From positions 3,328,001 to 3,392,000 of the forward strand of contig OZ242214.1 of NCBI GenBank assembly GCA_965206595.1: a stretch of 64,000 bases of DNA, in the 5' to 3' direction. The translations under genes and the position numbers were made by a program. Shown piece by piece: positions 19,764-29,029 of this stretch. The notes below the pieces were generated by a model. That model was not told the origin of the DNA, made no database searches, and worked only from the letters and a program-made list of their open reading frames with translations. Position 1 is the first letter of the stretch. Every line of letters begins with the position of its first letter. The DNA is from Candidatus Latescibacterota bacterium (GTDB lineage: Bacteria; Latescibacterota; UBA2968; UBA8231).

Positions 19764-22376
19764 ATGAAGACGATAATTCCGCGAGCACTCACCCCTGGCC
19801 GGCTCGCCATCTTTGCCGCGCTGTTGTCGTTGTCGATGACGGCGACTGCCCAGACAACCGGAACGATCGAGGGCACGGTCGTCGACGCCAACGGCTTCTC
19901 CTTGCCCGGCGTCCTGGTGACGGCGACCGGTTCCGGCGCGCGCGCGGAAAGCATGACGGACGTCGCCGGCTCCTACGGGTTCGCCGGCCTGGCCGCCGGG
20001 GACTATCTCGTAACGGCGACCCTGCCGGGTTTCGATCCCGTCGAGCGTCGGGTCTCCCTCGGGGCGGGCGCCACCGAAACAGTCCCGCTCGTTCTGCAGG
20101 TGCCATTGCTGCTCGATACGCTCAGCGTCGTCGCCGACGAACCCCGGACTTTCGCGCGCAACGTCGTTCCCGTGCCGATGATCCGGCAGCAGTCGAACAT
20201 CACCAGCGTCGCCGCGGTGGTGGACAACCTCCCCGGGGTATCCATCCAGGAGGGGGACGCGTACGGATTCGACGACTGGTCGAACAATGCCGTCGTGCGC
20301 GGCTTCCAAGTGACCATCAGCGAGGCGCAGATCGGCACCACCGTCGACGGCTTTCCGAACGGCACCTCCGACTACTTCAGCGGCGCCAAGGCGAACCGGT
20401 TCATCGACCCGATGAACCTCGGAGGCGTCGAGGTGTCGCAGGGGACGGCCGACATAGCCTCCCGCTCGGTCGAGGCGCTGGGCGGCACCTTCAACTACCG
20501 GACGGACGATCCGGCGGCGGAGCGGACCTATACCGCGTCGACCACGCTCGGCGAGAACGACGGCCAGCGCTTCTCGATGCGGGTCGACACCGGACCGTTG
20601 TTCGGCGGTGAGACGCGCGCCTGGATCGCCGCGGTCCGGCAGGAGGCGACCGACTGGGTGCAGGGCTCGGCGAGGAACGAGCGGGAGCACATCGCCGCCA
20701 AGCTGGTTTCGCCGCGCGGGCGCCTCGATCTCACCGGCTACCTCTCGTATGACGATATCCACGAGGACACCTACCAGCGGATCTACAGCGAGACCGACTT
20801 CCGGGCGAACCCGCTCTGGGACCGGCTGGTCGGCGACTGGCCCGGGGTGCCGTACCTCAACCAGTTCTACCGGCCCGGCTGGCAGACCCGGCGCACCAAC
20901 ACGTTCGCCTACCTCAAGGCCGACTGGCCGTTGAGCGGGTTCATCGACCTGAGCGCCGGCGCCTACTACCATCGCAACAGGGGCCGCGGCGACTGGTTGC
21001 CCCCTTACATCGCCGACGTGGTCGACGACGGGGGTGGACCCGAGTCGGAGCTGGCGGGCCTTCCGCCGGTGCGGGGCGGCGCCCAGACCGGGCTTGTCCG
21101 CTTCGTGGACGGTAACGGCGTTGCCGTCGCACCGACGCCGGACTGCGAGTCCTCCTACATCTTCAACTACTACGGCTCGGGCGGTCCGGAGGTCGACCCG
21201 GCCTGCCACCCGGGGGCCACGGCGGTGCAGTCGTACCGTCACAGCCACTACGGGAAGGACCGCCTCGGCGCAACCCTCGACGGGGAGTGGTCCACTTCCA
21301 TTGGCGGGGCCGGCAGCGCCCTGCGCGCCGGGATCTGGTACGAGGGCTCGCGGCGCGACCTCGGCCGCGACTGGCACCGGATGCTGGATCCGGCGCTCAG
21401 CTTCAAGTGGGACGAGCGGCCCTACTGGCACCAGTACGAGTGGGACTTCCCGCAGCACGTCTTCAAGTGGTACGTCGAGGAGACGCTTTACGCCGGTGCG
21501 CTGGCCCTGAGCGCCGGCATCAAGCAGTTCCGGATCGGCGTGTCGCGCGAGGACAAGTTCGATGTCGACCCGGAACTGACGGTCGATTCCGATTCGGACC
21601 TGCTCTTCTCCGGCGGGGTCACCTACGAGACGCCGGTGGCGGGCCTCGACCTGTTCGCCAGCTATTCGGAGAACTTCAAGGCGATCAGCAGCACGCTGCT
21701 CGAAGTCCCGGGCAGGAGCCTGGACCTCCTCGCACCCGAGACCGCCTCGAACATCGACGTGGGGCTGCAGTATGTCAGCGAACGGGTCGCGTTGAGCGCC
21801 GCCTGGTACTCCATCGATTTCCAGGACCGGATCTTCTACCTCGGCCCGCAGACGACGGCCGGTCCCAACTACCTCATCCCCGGGGGCGGAGCCTACTTCA
21901 ACGCCGGCGGTATCGAAACGAGCGGTGTCGAGCTGTCCGCCACGGTGCCGTTGCCGCATCGGATCTCGTTCTACACCGCCGTCACCTTCAACGACTCGAA
22001 ATACATCGGCACCGGGGACCCCCTCGTCGACGAGGACCAGGGCATCGTGCCCGGCACCGACGTCGCCGGCGTACCGGGCCGGCTGTGGGTCCTCTCACTC
22101 GACCGCAGCGGGCCCCTCGCCGGCGGGCTGTCCGCAAAATACACGTCGCCGCGGCGCGTCAGTCTGGCCGCGGACTGGGACACGGACGCCTACTGGCTGG
22201 TGGACGCCTACGTCAGCTTCTCAGGGGGAGCATTGAGCGACCGGCTGCGGTCGGCGGAGTTCTCGATCGTGGCGAACAACCCGCTCGACAAAGCCTACCT
22301 GTCGGCGATCACCGAAAATGCCGCCTGGCTGGGGGCGCCGCGCACGGTTTCGGTGACCGCGACCGTCTCCTTCTGA
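19764..22376 (+). CDS. TonB-dependent receptor
   Basis: Signal peptide, carboxypeptidase-regulatory-like domain (G.I.G.V.D..G..LPGV.V), plug (LPGV..., VEVSQG), barrel, GAPRTVSVTATVSF terminus. Confidence 0.93.
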   Translation: MKTIIPRALTPGRLAIFAALLSLSMTATAQTTGTIEGTVVDANGFSLPGVLVTATGSGARAESMTDVAGSYGFAGLAAGDYLVTATLPGFDPVERRVSLGAGATETVPLVLQVPLLLDTLSVVADEPRTFARNVVPVPMIRQQSNITSVAAVVDNLPGVSIQEGDAYGFDDWSNNAVVRGFQVTISEAQIGTTVDGFPNGTSDYFSGAKANRFIDPMNLGGVEVSQGTADIASRSVEALGGTFNYRTDDPAAERTYTASTTLGENDGQRFSMRVDTGPLFGGETRAWIAAVRQEATDWVQGSARNEREHIAAKLVSPRGRLDLTGYLSYDDIHEDTYQRIYSETDFRANPLWDRLVGDWPGVPYLNQFYRPGWQTRRTNTFAYLKADWPLSGFIDLSAGAYYHRNRGRGDWLPPYIADVVDDGGGPESELAGLPPVRGGAQTGLVRFVDGNGVAVAPTPDCESSYIFNYYGSGGPEVDPACHPGATAVQSYRHSHYGKDRLGATLDGEWSTSIGGAGSALRAGIWYEGSRRDLGRDWHRMLDPALSFKWDERPYWHQYEWDFPQHVFKWYVEETLYAGALALSAGIKQFRIGVSREDKFDVDPELTVDSDSDLLFSGGVTYETPVAGLDLFASYSENFKAISSTLLEVPGRSLDLLAPETASNIDVGLQYVSERVALSAAWYSIDFQDRIFYLGPQTTAGPNYLIPGGGAYFNAGGIETSGVELSATVPLPHRISFYTAVTFNDSKYIGTGDPLVDEDQGIVPGTDVAGVPGRLWVLSLDRSGPLAGGLSAKYTSPRRVSLAADWDTDAYWLVDAYVSFSGGALSDRLRSAEFSIVANNPLDKAYLSAITENAAWLGAPRTVSVTATVSF

Positions 22377-22389
22377 TGGAGGTGCAGAG

Positions 22390-23310
22390 ATGAGAACGAC
22401 ATTGCTTCCGATGTTTGTGCTGGCATTGCATCTGATTGCCGCGAGCAGGTCCGTGCAGGCGCATTGGGGGGATCGAGTGTACCCCATATACGAACTGACG
22501 GAGAGCATGCTGAAGGATATCGATGTGACGGATGGCTTGATCGATCAATGGCCGGAGATTGGTCCGCCTTCCGCGACCGGTCTGGATTTTTCGGTTTTCG
22601 CCAACTTGTTCAAGGAGCCGGAATACGATCCATCCACTCTGGATTTCCGGTTGTGGCTGGGTTGGTCGGCGTCTCCGAGCCGGATCTACGTGGCTCTTGC
22701 ATGCGTGGACAACGTGGGGGTGAATCGGACAAACTACGACCCCGAAGAGGATCACGTTCCACTCGATGGGTTCAACTTCTGGGTCGATGCCGATCACAGC
22801 GGCGGCGGTTTTCATCCGACGGCCGACCATGGCAGTGAAGAGTACAAGCTGCAGGACGACGCCCAAGTACAGGATTACCGCATCTCGCCAGATGTACCAC
22901 CCGGCGAGGATAATATTCTGGGCATGTCGGCTTGGGCGGACTGGCCGGAGGAGCCGCCCTTTGGCCAAGGATTCGGAATCACACACGGGGAAAACCCGTC
23001 TATCTGGGTTGTCGAGTTTTACCTGACGCCGTTTGACCTCTTTGTGTATTCGGGGGCGGAAGAGAGTGCCGTCTCGGCCCTGTCCGCCGGCAAGGTCATA
23101 GGCTTCAGATGTCTGGTGCACGATGCGGACGGCGGGGCTTTATTCACGGAGAATTTCAACAGATTCCTTCTGCCGGCGATGGGCCTGGACGCATACCTCG
23201 GGAACGAAGGCAGCGCGGATTTGTTTGCTGATGGGGTCCTGATCGGAGCGGAAGGTACCGTGGTCGAAGATCTCACCTGGGGCCGGATCAAGGCGTCGCT
23301 GATCAGATGA
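22390..23310 (+). CDS. Secreted protein (CBM9/DOMON-like) with C-terminal TWGRIK motif
   Basis: Signal peptide VQA-H; DG.I..W; FRLWLGW....RIY; VD.DHSGG; W.VEF..TPFD; GTVVEDLTWGRIKASL. Confidence 0.7.
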   Translation: MRTTLLPMFVLALHLIAASRSVQAHWGDRVYPIYELTESMLKDIDVTDGLIDQWPEIGPPSATGLDFSVFANLFKEPEYDPSTLDFRLWLGWSASPSRIYVALACVDNVGVNRTNYDPEEDHVPLDGFNFWVDADHSGGGFHPTADHGSEEYKLQDDAQVQDYRISPDVPPGEDNILGMSAWADWPEEPPFGQGFGITHGENPSIWVVEFYLTPFDLFVYSGAEESAVSALSAGKVIGFRCLVHDADGGALFTENFNRFLLPAMGLDAYLGNEGSADLFADGVLIGAEGTVVEDLTWGRIKASLIR

Positions 23311-23407
23311 TTGCGGCAGTGCCGGTCAGGGGACTTGACCGCCGTTACCGACACCACCTGTGTGGGAGTATCTGATTACGACTGTTCAGCCAAATACGTA
23401 CCATCGT

Positions 23408-23470
23408 TTCGGATAAGTTACCCTCCGCCGAAATTATCCGAACAATTGGTTCGGGTACAATCAGTTAAAT
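23408..23470 (+). other. Putative integron attI site (no adjacent intI)
   Basis: TTCGGGTAC-AATCA-GTTAAAT simple site at 23450-23470, with related boxes TTCGGATAA (23408) and TTATCCGAA (23434). The first cassette starts exactly at this GTT and no attC hairpin precedes it. Confidence 0.55.
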
Positions 23471-23511
23471 GACATGGGATGAGCTGTTAAACCAGATGAT
23501 CAGGATTACTA

Positions 23512-24336
23512 ATGACCACCAAAAATACGATCAAAAATATCATAGTGCTTTTCGATGAATCTGGAACGCCAAAGATTACAGACGACAAAAGGACTGATTG
23601 GTTTCTAGCAGTTGGCGTAGCTTACGAGCAATCGGCTGAGGACATGATCTTTTGCAAATGCAAGGATGCTTTTGGTCTCTCCAATAGCCAGCCGCTGAAA
23701 AACTATCGCATCAGTAACTCCCGCGCGGTAAGAATCGCAAATCTCTTGGCAGATGTGCCGGTGTCCATCTGTGTTTCCAAACTCAATACAGCCGATCCAA
23801 CATTTCGTAACATGATTATTGATTATGAGTGTCTCACAAAGAAAGCCAGGGAGCTTCGACAAGCCCGAGGGCGCTCCATAGCCCAAATCATCCATTCGCA
23901 GGCACTTGATCATTGTTTATTCCATTTGATCACCGGCTATTTTGAGGCAGGTGAAGGCGATGCTGCTTTTGCCTTATTCATTGATGATTGGTCCATTCCT
24001 AAGAACGATACCGATATTTACCTAGAAGATAGGGCTACATCACTCGAACATAAAATATCATTACTTTGCGAAAAATATCACATGGATCAAACTCTTTCAA
24101 TAGCCCGTTTGGAGCTCCTTAACACGGACACCAGCAGGAAAAGATTTGTTGATGTGGTGGCCAGTACATTTAGCAGAGCATATCTGAAGAGAGACCATCC
24201 GAACTATTCGTACGACGCAGCCCGTATCCTTCAAGAGTGTGGAAAGGCACGTTGTCGCGACGCAACCAAGTATTCGATTGAGTTAATGCATAAAGTAATG
24301 AACGATTTACCGTCAAGCTCTAATCAGCGCCTGTAG
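23512..24336 (+). CDS. DUF3800-like protein (gene cassette 1)
   Basis: N-terminal FDESG, central FIDD, C-terminal FVDVVA; low GC; bounded by GTTAAATGAC (23464) and GTCATTTAAC (24437). Confidence 0.65.
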   Translation: MTTKNTIKNIIVLFDESGTPKITDDKRTDWFLAVGVAYEQSAEDMIFCKCKDAFGLSNSQPLKNYRISNSRAVRIANLLADVPVSICVSKLNTADPTFRNMIIDYECLTKKARELRQARGRSIAQIIHSQALDHCLFHLITGYFEAGEGDAAFALFIDDWSIPKNDTDIYLEDRATSLEHKISLLCEKYHMDQTLSIARLELLNTDTSRKRFVDVVASTFSRAYLKRDHPNYSYDAARILQECGKARCRDATKYSIELMHKVMNDLPSSSNQRL

Positions 24337-24439
24337 TCAGACGTACCGGTTTCCATTCACTTCCACCAACCCTTTGAGGTTTTCCATTGGTCGGAATTAG
24401 ACTGGACTACCAGTTTGATTGGAGTGAGTATCCCACGTC

Positions 24440-24535
24440 ATTTAACAACGGTTTTGCGCTGCGCGGCTTACGCCGCTTGGCCCTTCGGGCAACCCCTCGA
24501 CAAGCTCGGGGTTCGCAAACCCTTGAACGTTAGAC
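24440..24535 (+). repeat. Complete attC site
   Basis: R'' ATTTAAC, GGTTTTGCG...CGCAAACC arms, internal hairpins, R' GTTAGAC. Confidence 0.85.
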
Positions 24536-24593
24536 GAAAAGGAGCAAGGGCGTAGGGCTCAGGCCAGTGGATATGGTTTGCGGGACAGGCCAT

Positions 24594-24622
24594 TTGCAAT
24601 GTATCGCACATTGCGATACATT
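24594..24622 (+). promoter_or_regulatory. higBA promoter overlapped by a palindromic operator; probably a leaderless transcript
   Basis: TTGCAA-17-TACATT; AATGTATCGCA-CAT-TGCGATACATT palindrome (24598-24622); ATG 6 nt after the -10 box. Confidence 0.75.
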
Positions 24623-24628
24623 ATATGG

Positions 24629-24916
24629 ATGCACGTAATCTCACGCAAAGCCCTCCGAGCGTTTTGGGCACAGCATCCCGACAGTGAGGAGCCTCTGAGT
24701 CGCTGGTTCAAGATCATGCGGCAGACTCAGTTTAAGAGTTTTGCGGCATTGCGCCACACCTTTCCTTCGGCCGACAAGGTCGGCGAATTCGTCGTGTTCA
24801 ACATTGCCGGCAACAAGTACCGCCTGATTGTCTCTATTCACTTCAATCGGGGCAAAGCATACATCCGTCATGTGCTTACACACCAAGCCTACGACCGTGG
24901 AGGATGGAGGATATGA
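24629..24916 (+). CDS. higB: HigB-family mRNA interferase toxin (cassette 2)
   Basis: MHVISRKAL..FW..HP....PL..W...FPSADKVG..VFNI.GNKYRLI..I.F....YIRHVLTH..YD. Confidence 0.93.
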   Translation: MHVISRKALRAFWAQHPDSEEPLSRWFKIMRQTQFKSFAALRHTFPSADKVGEFVVFNIAGNKYRLIVSIHFNRGKAYIRHVLTHQAYDRGGWRI

Positions 24917-25311
24917 GTGTCATTACGCCGCAGCTTCAGCGATCCTGGACGCAAGTGAGTGCGTTACTCAAGATTCAGAACGAGCAGGAGTACGACTTGG
25001 CCTTGGAGCGGCTCAACAGCCTGATCGATGAAGTGGGAACGGATGATCGGCATCCGCTTTACTCTCTGCTCGATACAATGGGCACCGTTGTCCACGCTTG
25101 GGAAGAACAACACCATTCCATGCCCAACTTGAAGGGTGCGGATGCACTCCGCTTTCTCATGGAAGAGCATGAATTGACCCAGTCGGATTTGCCGGAGGTG
25201 GGTTCGCAAGGGGTGGTTTCTGAGATTCTGAGCGGCAAGCGAGAGCTAAACGTCCGGCAGATACGAGCATTGTCCAAGCGATTTGGGGTCTCGGCCTCAG
25301 TATTCGTATAG
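24913..25311 (+). CDS. higA: HigA-family HTH antitoxin (cassette 2)
   Basis: ATGA overlap with higB; I..E.EY..AL; LRFLMEEH.LTQSDLPEVGSQGVVSEILSGKRELN.RQI..L..RF. Confidence 0.93.
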   Translation: MSVITPQLQRSWTQVSALLKIQNEQEYDLALERLNSLIDEVGTDDRHPLYSLLDTMGTVVHAWEEQHHSMPNLKGADALRFLMEEHELTQSDLPEVGSQGVVSEILSGKRELNVRQIRALSKRFGVSASVFV

Positions 25312-25343
25312 GCCAAGGCGTAGGGACATTCTCGCAAATGCCC

Positions 25344-25364
25344 TTCGTCTAAAATCAGTTAAGC
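25344..25364 (+). repeat. Truncated attC/attI hybrid site
   Basis: TTCGTCTAA (complementary to the cassette start TTAGACGAA) + AATCA (same spacer as the putative attI) + GTTAAGC. Confidence 0.65.
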
Positions 25365-25415
25365 GCCGACAGAAAGACTTTTTTTAGGCAATTGAATTCA
25401 CACAAGGGCCACCGC

Positions 25416-25676
25416 ATGCAGCTGCGCGAATTTCAGAAACACCCAGGAACGAGAATAACTGCTATCCTTTTCGCCCTCTGGTTTCTTTTCAACCAGGGCA
25501 AAATGACCGCTCCTGGATTATTTGGTGGCAAACCCGGGCACATGTTCACCTGTGCAAGTGTGGTAGACATCGCGGCTGGAATATTCGTTCATGGTGTAAT
25601 TCTTTTCATTTGTGCTGGAGTAGGCTTCAGCATTTCGAGCATCGCGGGCTGGATTCTGAAGAAACTCAAGACCTAG
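25416..25676 (+). CDS. Small membrane protein (cassette 3)
   Basis: Two or three hydrophobic stretches; lies between core sites GTTAAGC (25358) and GAAC-GTTAAGT (25701). Confidence 0.5.
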   Translation: MQLREFQKHPGTRITAILFALWFLFNQGKMTAPGLFGGKPGHMFTCASVVDIAAGIFVHGVILFICAGVGFSISSIAGWILKKLKT

Positions 25677-25748
25677 TTTTCTAGCGGAATGTGCTGGAAC
25701 GTTAAGTGACATGCGCACGATAAGTCTGACCTGGTTTAGAGGTCACGG

Positions 25749-26318
25749 ATGAATCGGCACTTTGTTGTCTCGATAAACTCGGTCTCGGGAGGAGGGAAAA
25801 CTGCTCTGGCGACCGCCTTGCATCGCTCACTGCCGCAATCGGCTCTGTTTTGCTTCGACGATTTCGATGAGTCCAACGTTTATCCAGATGACTTCTATGA
25901 GTGGAGCCGCCGAGGGGCCGATATAACGGAATTTGACTGTCCTGGGATGAGAAACGCGGTCGACGAAGAAATTCAAAGGGGTAAGGCGAAACAGATAATA
26001 CTTGATTTTCCGTTTGGACGTCGCCACCCTCGGTTCGCTGACATCATCGATCTCGACGTGTTCATCGATACTCCCCTCGACGTAGCTATGGCACGTCGAA
26101 TCTTGAGAGACCATTCCGGCGATAGCCAGAAATCCTCAGAAGAAGCATTGAAGGATCTTCTGGATGGATTGACCCACTATCTGGAGAAGGCTCGACACCC
26201 GTTTTTGGATGCCTACAAAGCCAAGGACGTGAGTGATCTCATTCTGGACGGATGGCGCAGTCTTGACGATCTGAAGACCGAGGTTCTGGCTCGAGTAGAT
26301 TCGAACCAGAAATCGTAG
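25749..26318 (+). CDS. Uridine-kinase-like P-loop kinase (cassette 4)
   Basis: SVSGGGKT, ILDFPFG, FIDTPLDVAMARRILRD, DLILDG; bounded by GTTAAGTGAC (25701) and GTCACTTAAC (26334). Confidence 0.8.
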   Translation: MNRHFVVSINSVSGGGKTALATALHRSLPQSALFCFDDFDESNVYPDDFYEWSRRGADITEFDCPGMRNAVDEEIQRGKAKQIILDFPFGRRHPRFADIIDLDVFIDTPLDVAMARRILRDHSGDSQKSSEEALKDLLDGLTHYLEKARHPFLDAYKAKDVSDLILDGWRSLDDLKTEVLARVDSNQKS

Positions 26319-26336
26319 ATCGATTCAGAGCAGGTC

Positions 26337-26395
26337 ACTTAACAACACGGTTTGCACTACGGCGCTGTCGGGCCTTGGTCTTCGGCAACCCACCG
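26337..26395 (+). repeat. Left part of an attC-family site
   Basis: ACTTAAC-AACAC-GGTTTGCACTACGGCGCTG...CTTCGGCAACCC; right arm missing. Confidence 0.7.
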
Positions 26396-26492
26396 ACCAT
26401 CGAAGTGAACTTCAAACGATACTTGGTCGGCGGCCTTTTCTGAATATCCTCGATCGCAAAGAAGGTTATCCAATTCCTCAGGAGGCCTGACC

Positions 26493-27452
26493 GTGAGAAT
26501 CCTAGTTACCGGTGGCAGCGGCACCATCGGCGGTTACGTCTTCCGGGAGCTGCTCAGGAGCGGACACCTTGTCTCGAACTACAGCCGTACGGCTCCTGCC
26601 GTCAAAAGCGCGGCAACGATCCAGGGCGACATCATGGATCTCGATCAGCTCAAAGCGGCGTGTACGGGGCACGAGGCGGTCATCCACCTGGCCGCGGTGC
26701 CCGGCCCCGGACGAGCGACTCCCGAGCAGTTGATCGACGTCAACGTCATCGGCACGGTGAACGCGCTGGAAGCAGCCGTCGCCGCAAAGGCGCGCAAGTT
26801 CGTATTCGCCTCGTCGGGGGCCGCTTTCGGATTCACCTTTCGCATCGGCGCGGTCAAACCTTGCTATCTCCCGATCGACGAAGAACATCCCAGCGAACCC
26901 GACGATGAATACGGCCTGAGCAAACTGCTCGCCGAGCTGGCATGCAAGCGCTATTCCCGGGCCTTCGGCATTCAGACGATCTGCTTGCGGCTGGGCAACA
27001 ACTGGTATCTCGATCGCCCCGGCGCCGAGATTGCCGTGCGCAGCGGCTGGGGCAAGTCATTGGGAACCGTCGACGAACTATGGACCAGGCGATACCGCAA
27101 GGCCGTCGAGGATGAAGGCTCGGCCGGCTGGCCGGTGCCCGGTCCGCCGGCGCCGCTCAAGGTCTTGTGGGAAGTGACGGATGGGCGCGATCTTGCCCAG
27201 GCCGTGCGGCTTTCCGTCGAGAACGACGACGTCCTGCACGACGTGTTTCTGACCACCGGCAACGAAACGTGCTCGACCATCCCCACGCCCGAGTTGATCG
27301 CCCGTTTCTTTCCCGACGTAGCGCTCAAAAAACCCCTGGAAGGATTCTCATCGCTCTGGTCAAACGACAAGGCCGCGCGGTTGCTCGGTTACCATCCCCG
27401 ATACTCCTGGCGCCAGAGCGATTTCGCAACGTGGTGGAAATCCATTCGATGA
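26493..27452 (+). CDS. NAD-dependent epimerase/dehydratase (extended SDR)
   Basis: ILVTGGSGTIG, IHLAA, FASS, PIDEEHP..P...YGLSK; AGGAGG RBS. Confidence 0.92.
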   Translation: MRILVTGGSGTIGGYVFRELLRSGHLVSNYSRTAPAVKSAATIQGDIMDLDQLKAACTGHEAVIHLAAVPGPGRATPEQLIDVNVIGTVNALEAAVAAKARKFVFASSGAAFGFTFRIGAVKPCYLPIDEEHPSEPDDEYGLSKLLAELACKRYSRAFGIQTICLRLGNNWYLDRPGAEIAVRSGWGKSLGTVDELWTRRYRKAVEDEGSAGWPVPGPPAPLKVLWEVTDGRDLAQAVRLSVENDDVLHDVFLTTGNETCSTIPTPELIARFFPDVALKKPLEGFSSLWSNDKAARLLGYHPRYSWRQSDFATWWKSIR

Positions 27453-27480
27453 AAACAAACGCCGGTACTGGAGCCGCGGG

Positions 27481-28150
27481 ATGATCCTGTTCGACCCCGA
27501 AAAGGCTTCACATCTGATGAAGCAGTGGGACGTGCACGTTTTGCTGCCTCACACCTTGCTGAACGCCGGCTACCTGGTCGACCACTGGAAGCACGATCTG
27601 TACACCAGCATCGGGCCGTGGACGACTTTTGATCGGGACGAGCCCTACCAGCTTCTCGTGGGTCTGCCCCAGGATCGGCAGATCGAGCCGTTCGTAACTT
27701 GCCGCAGGGCCAGTGAAGAAGGCGACATGTACAACTGGGACGTATGGATCCAGGATCGGCGCGTGTGGGGCCCGATGTTCCTCCGCGTGCGATGAACAGT
27801 CCCCTCGGGCCGGCCGTTACCGATCCCTACATCGATCCGTACGAAGCGGCCGTCGACGCGCTACGGGAGCGCGGACTCGAGCGAGCGACGATCGGAATCG
27901 AGCGGCGCTTTCTCGGAATCGAGGCCTTTGAGAAGCTGCAGAGGTTGCTGCCGGAGGCGACGTTTCGCGACGCGCTGGGCCTGTTCCACGAACTGCGGAT
28001 GGTCAAGACGGAGGAGGAGATCCGCCGCATGCGAATAGTCGCCGCGGCGACGCAGGAGGCCTACCGGGCCGCGCTCAAATGTGTGCAGCCGGGAATGACC
28101 GGACTGGATTTCGAGCACATCTTCGCAGCCGAACATTCCCGTTGTGGGTG
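27481..28150 (+). pseudogene. Xaa-Pro peptidase (M24) family, frameshifted (~27771) and truncated
   Basis: Creatinase-like N-domain, IGIE, LRMVKTEEEIRRMR..A, PGMT; no catalytic C-terminus. Confidence 0.75.
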
Positions 28151-28155
28151 TCGCC

Positions 28156-28787
28156 ATGCTCGTACTGGCGCTGGCCGTCTTTGCCGCCGGCCTTCGCCGC
28201 AACGAGAGCGCGGGGTCGTAGGCCATGGCACATATAGAGCTGGAGAGGGTTTGCAAGACCTTCCGCGTGACCCGGAAGCAAAAGGGGCTGGCCGGTGCGG
28301 TGAAGGGCTTGTTCCGGCCCGACCGGCATGAAGTGCACGCGGTGCGCGACGTGAGCTTTGCGATTGAGCCGGGCGAGCTGGTCGGGTTCATCGGTCCCAA
28401 CGGCGCGGGGAAGTCGACGACGATCAAGATGCTCTCCGGCATCCTCTATCCCACGTCCGGGCGCGTTTCCGTCGTCGGCCTTTCGCCCCAGGGGAAGCGG
28501 CGGGCGGTCGCCCAGCGCATCGGCGCCGTGTTCGGTCAGCGCAGCCAGCTCAACTGGGACCTTCGCCTGGCTTCGCCCACGCCCACGCGGAGATCCTCCA
28601 ACGGCGAGACAGGGTCGTCCGCATCCGCTTTGCGAGGAGCCAGGTGTCTGCGTCGGCGCTGATCTCGGAGCTGTCCGCCCGCTACCCGGTGCGCGACGTG
28701 TCCGTCCAGGAGCCCGACATCGAGGACGTGATTCGCACGGTCTACAGGCGCGACGCGGCGGTCGAGAGGCCAGGCGGTTCCAGTTGA
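28156..28787 (+). pseudogene. ABC-2 permease 3' remnant plus internally deleted ABC ATP-binding gene (from 28225)
   Basis: ...GLRRNESAGS*; [15 protein letters not shown] and [11 protein letters not shown]; signature and Walker B missing; C-terminal VQEPDIEDVIR.VY in another frame. Confidence 0.75.
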
Positions 28788-28904
28788 TCGATTCAGTCTG
28801 CCCGCATTTTTGGTATTTTTCTACAAACACACCGCGGGACGCGAGCTGTCGTTCCGTTCTTCCCGAGTTTATCCGAGCTATCCTGGAAATAGTCGGAAAG
28901 AGGT

Positions 28905-28989
28905 GGGTTCGCACTGCGGCGCTGATCGCGCCTGAGCCTGCGGCAACCCCTTGCCAAGCTCGGGGTTCGCAAACCGTAGAACGTTTTTG
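28905..28989 (+). repeat. attC-family site lacking R''
   Basis: GGTTCGCACTGCGGCGCTG...GGCAACCCC..CAAGCTCGGGGTTCGCAAACC.TAGAAC-GTT; close to both the 24440 and 26337 copies. Confidence 0.75.
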
Positions 28990-29029
28990 GAACTGCCGCA
29001 TCGGAGTTGACACTGGCTGTGAGCAGCAC

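Noticed and set aside
23450-23473. dif/pdif (XerCD) site suggested by GTTAAAT
   Set aside because: It lacks the TTATGTTAAAT XerD arm and the 11-6-11 layout; complementarity to 24437-24446 fits a cassette boundary better.
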